IMG/VR virus record: IMGVR_UViG_2684622669_000003 | Coordinates: 1 to 6,089 of that record | DNA length: 6,089 bases | Direction: 5' to 3' (one strand) | Source: a virus | Lineage: Duplodnaviria; Heunggongvirae; Uroviricota; Caudoviricetes | Part shown: positions 5,704 to 6,089 of the stretch, in pieces | Position numbering within the stretch: position 1 is the stretch's first letter | How the letters are laid out: the number at the start of each line of letters is the position of its first letter | The notes under the pieces: generated by a model | Told to the model about the DNA's origin: nothing | The model's database searches: none | Seen by the model: only the letters and a program-made list of their open reading frames with translations | Made by a program: the position numbers and the translations under genes

Positions 5704-6089
5704 GTGAGCAAGATTGACTATGAGGCACTGCGTGCCAAGGCAGAAAAAGCAACGTGTGGTGTATGGTCGCTCGAATATGGAGAGAGCCGATTTGATTGTG
5801 ATGATGCGCTAATTCATCGCGAGGCTGCTGGATATATTCCCATTTGCAGAATTGAAGGAGCGCATCCTGAAAGCGGTTTCGATGAAGATTTCCAAATGGA
5901 ACAGCAGGCCAATGCTGAATTCATCGCCGCAGCCAGTCCAGCTACCGTGCTGGCGCTGCTGGATGAACGGGAAAGAAACCAGCAATACATCAAAAGCCGT
6001 GATCAGGAGAACGAGGATATTGCGCTAACGGTAGGGAAACTGCGTGTTGAGCTGGAAGCCGCAGAGAAGCGCAACGCAAAATTACAAAG
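5704..6089 (+). CDS. Ead/Ea22-like family protein, 5' partial (runs off the window end)
   Basis: GTG start at 5704 with AAAGGAGG 6 nt upstream; open to the window end (128 codons). N-terminus VSKIDYEALRAKAEKATCGVWS matches my recollection of the Ea22-like N-terminal motif (ALR..AEKAT.G.W). Not in the track because no stop falls inside the window. Confidence 0.55.
   Translation, partial: MSKIDYEALRAKAEKATCGVWSLEYGESRFDCDDALIHREAAGYIPICRIEGAHPESGFDEDFQMEQQANAEFIAAASPATVLALLDERERNQQYIKSRDQENEDIALTVGKLRVELEAAEKRNAKLQ

Noticed and set aside
5613-5717. 34-aa ORF (MNCTRLMACPVNMRRNPLKNGRNRFAKEATSEQD) in the 187-aa/Ea22-like spacer
   Set aside because: No RBS, composition not protein-like, and it overlaps the RBS and start of the Ea22-like gene; the in-frame continuation of the 187-aa ORF is a better explanation of coding potential here.

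Overview
This window reads as the immunity and early-replication core of a lambdoid (temperate enterobacterial) prophage. A leftward early operon on the minus strand (small 50-aa ORF, 99-aa ORF, RecE-like PD-(D/E)xK exonuclease) is separated by a terminator from a leftward repressor gene encoding a tandem-HTH protein with no recognisable autocleavage domain. Divergent from the repressor, the rightward operon runs cro-like gene, tR1-like terminator, small zinc-finger ORF in the cII position, replication initiator with an internal iteron array (putative origin), and a lambda P-like helicase loader. After the P-like gene comes a second rightward block: a DUF1064-like PD-(D/E)xK-fold ORF, a 187-aa ORF and a partial Ea22-like ORF. 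The most striking signal is a 15-17 bp palindrome (a)TTACC-N5-GGTAA(t), present five times perfectly and once or twice imperfectly, only in three intergenic regions and each time overlapping a sigma70-like promoter. I read this as the operator set of the immunity repressor; the third operator pair guards a promoter downstream of the replication genes, which classic lambda does not have. All functional calls rest on reading the sequence and recalled family features; no database search was run.
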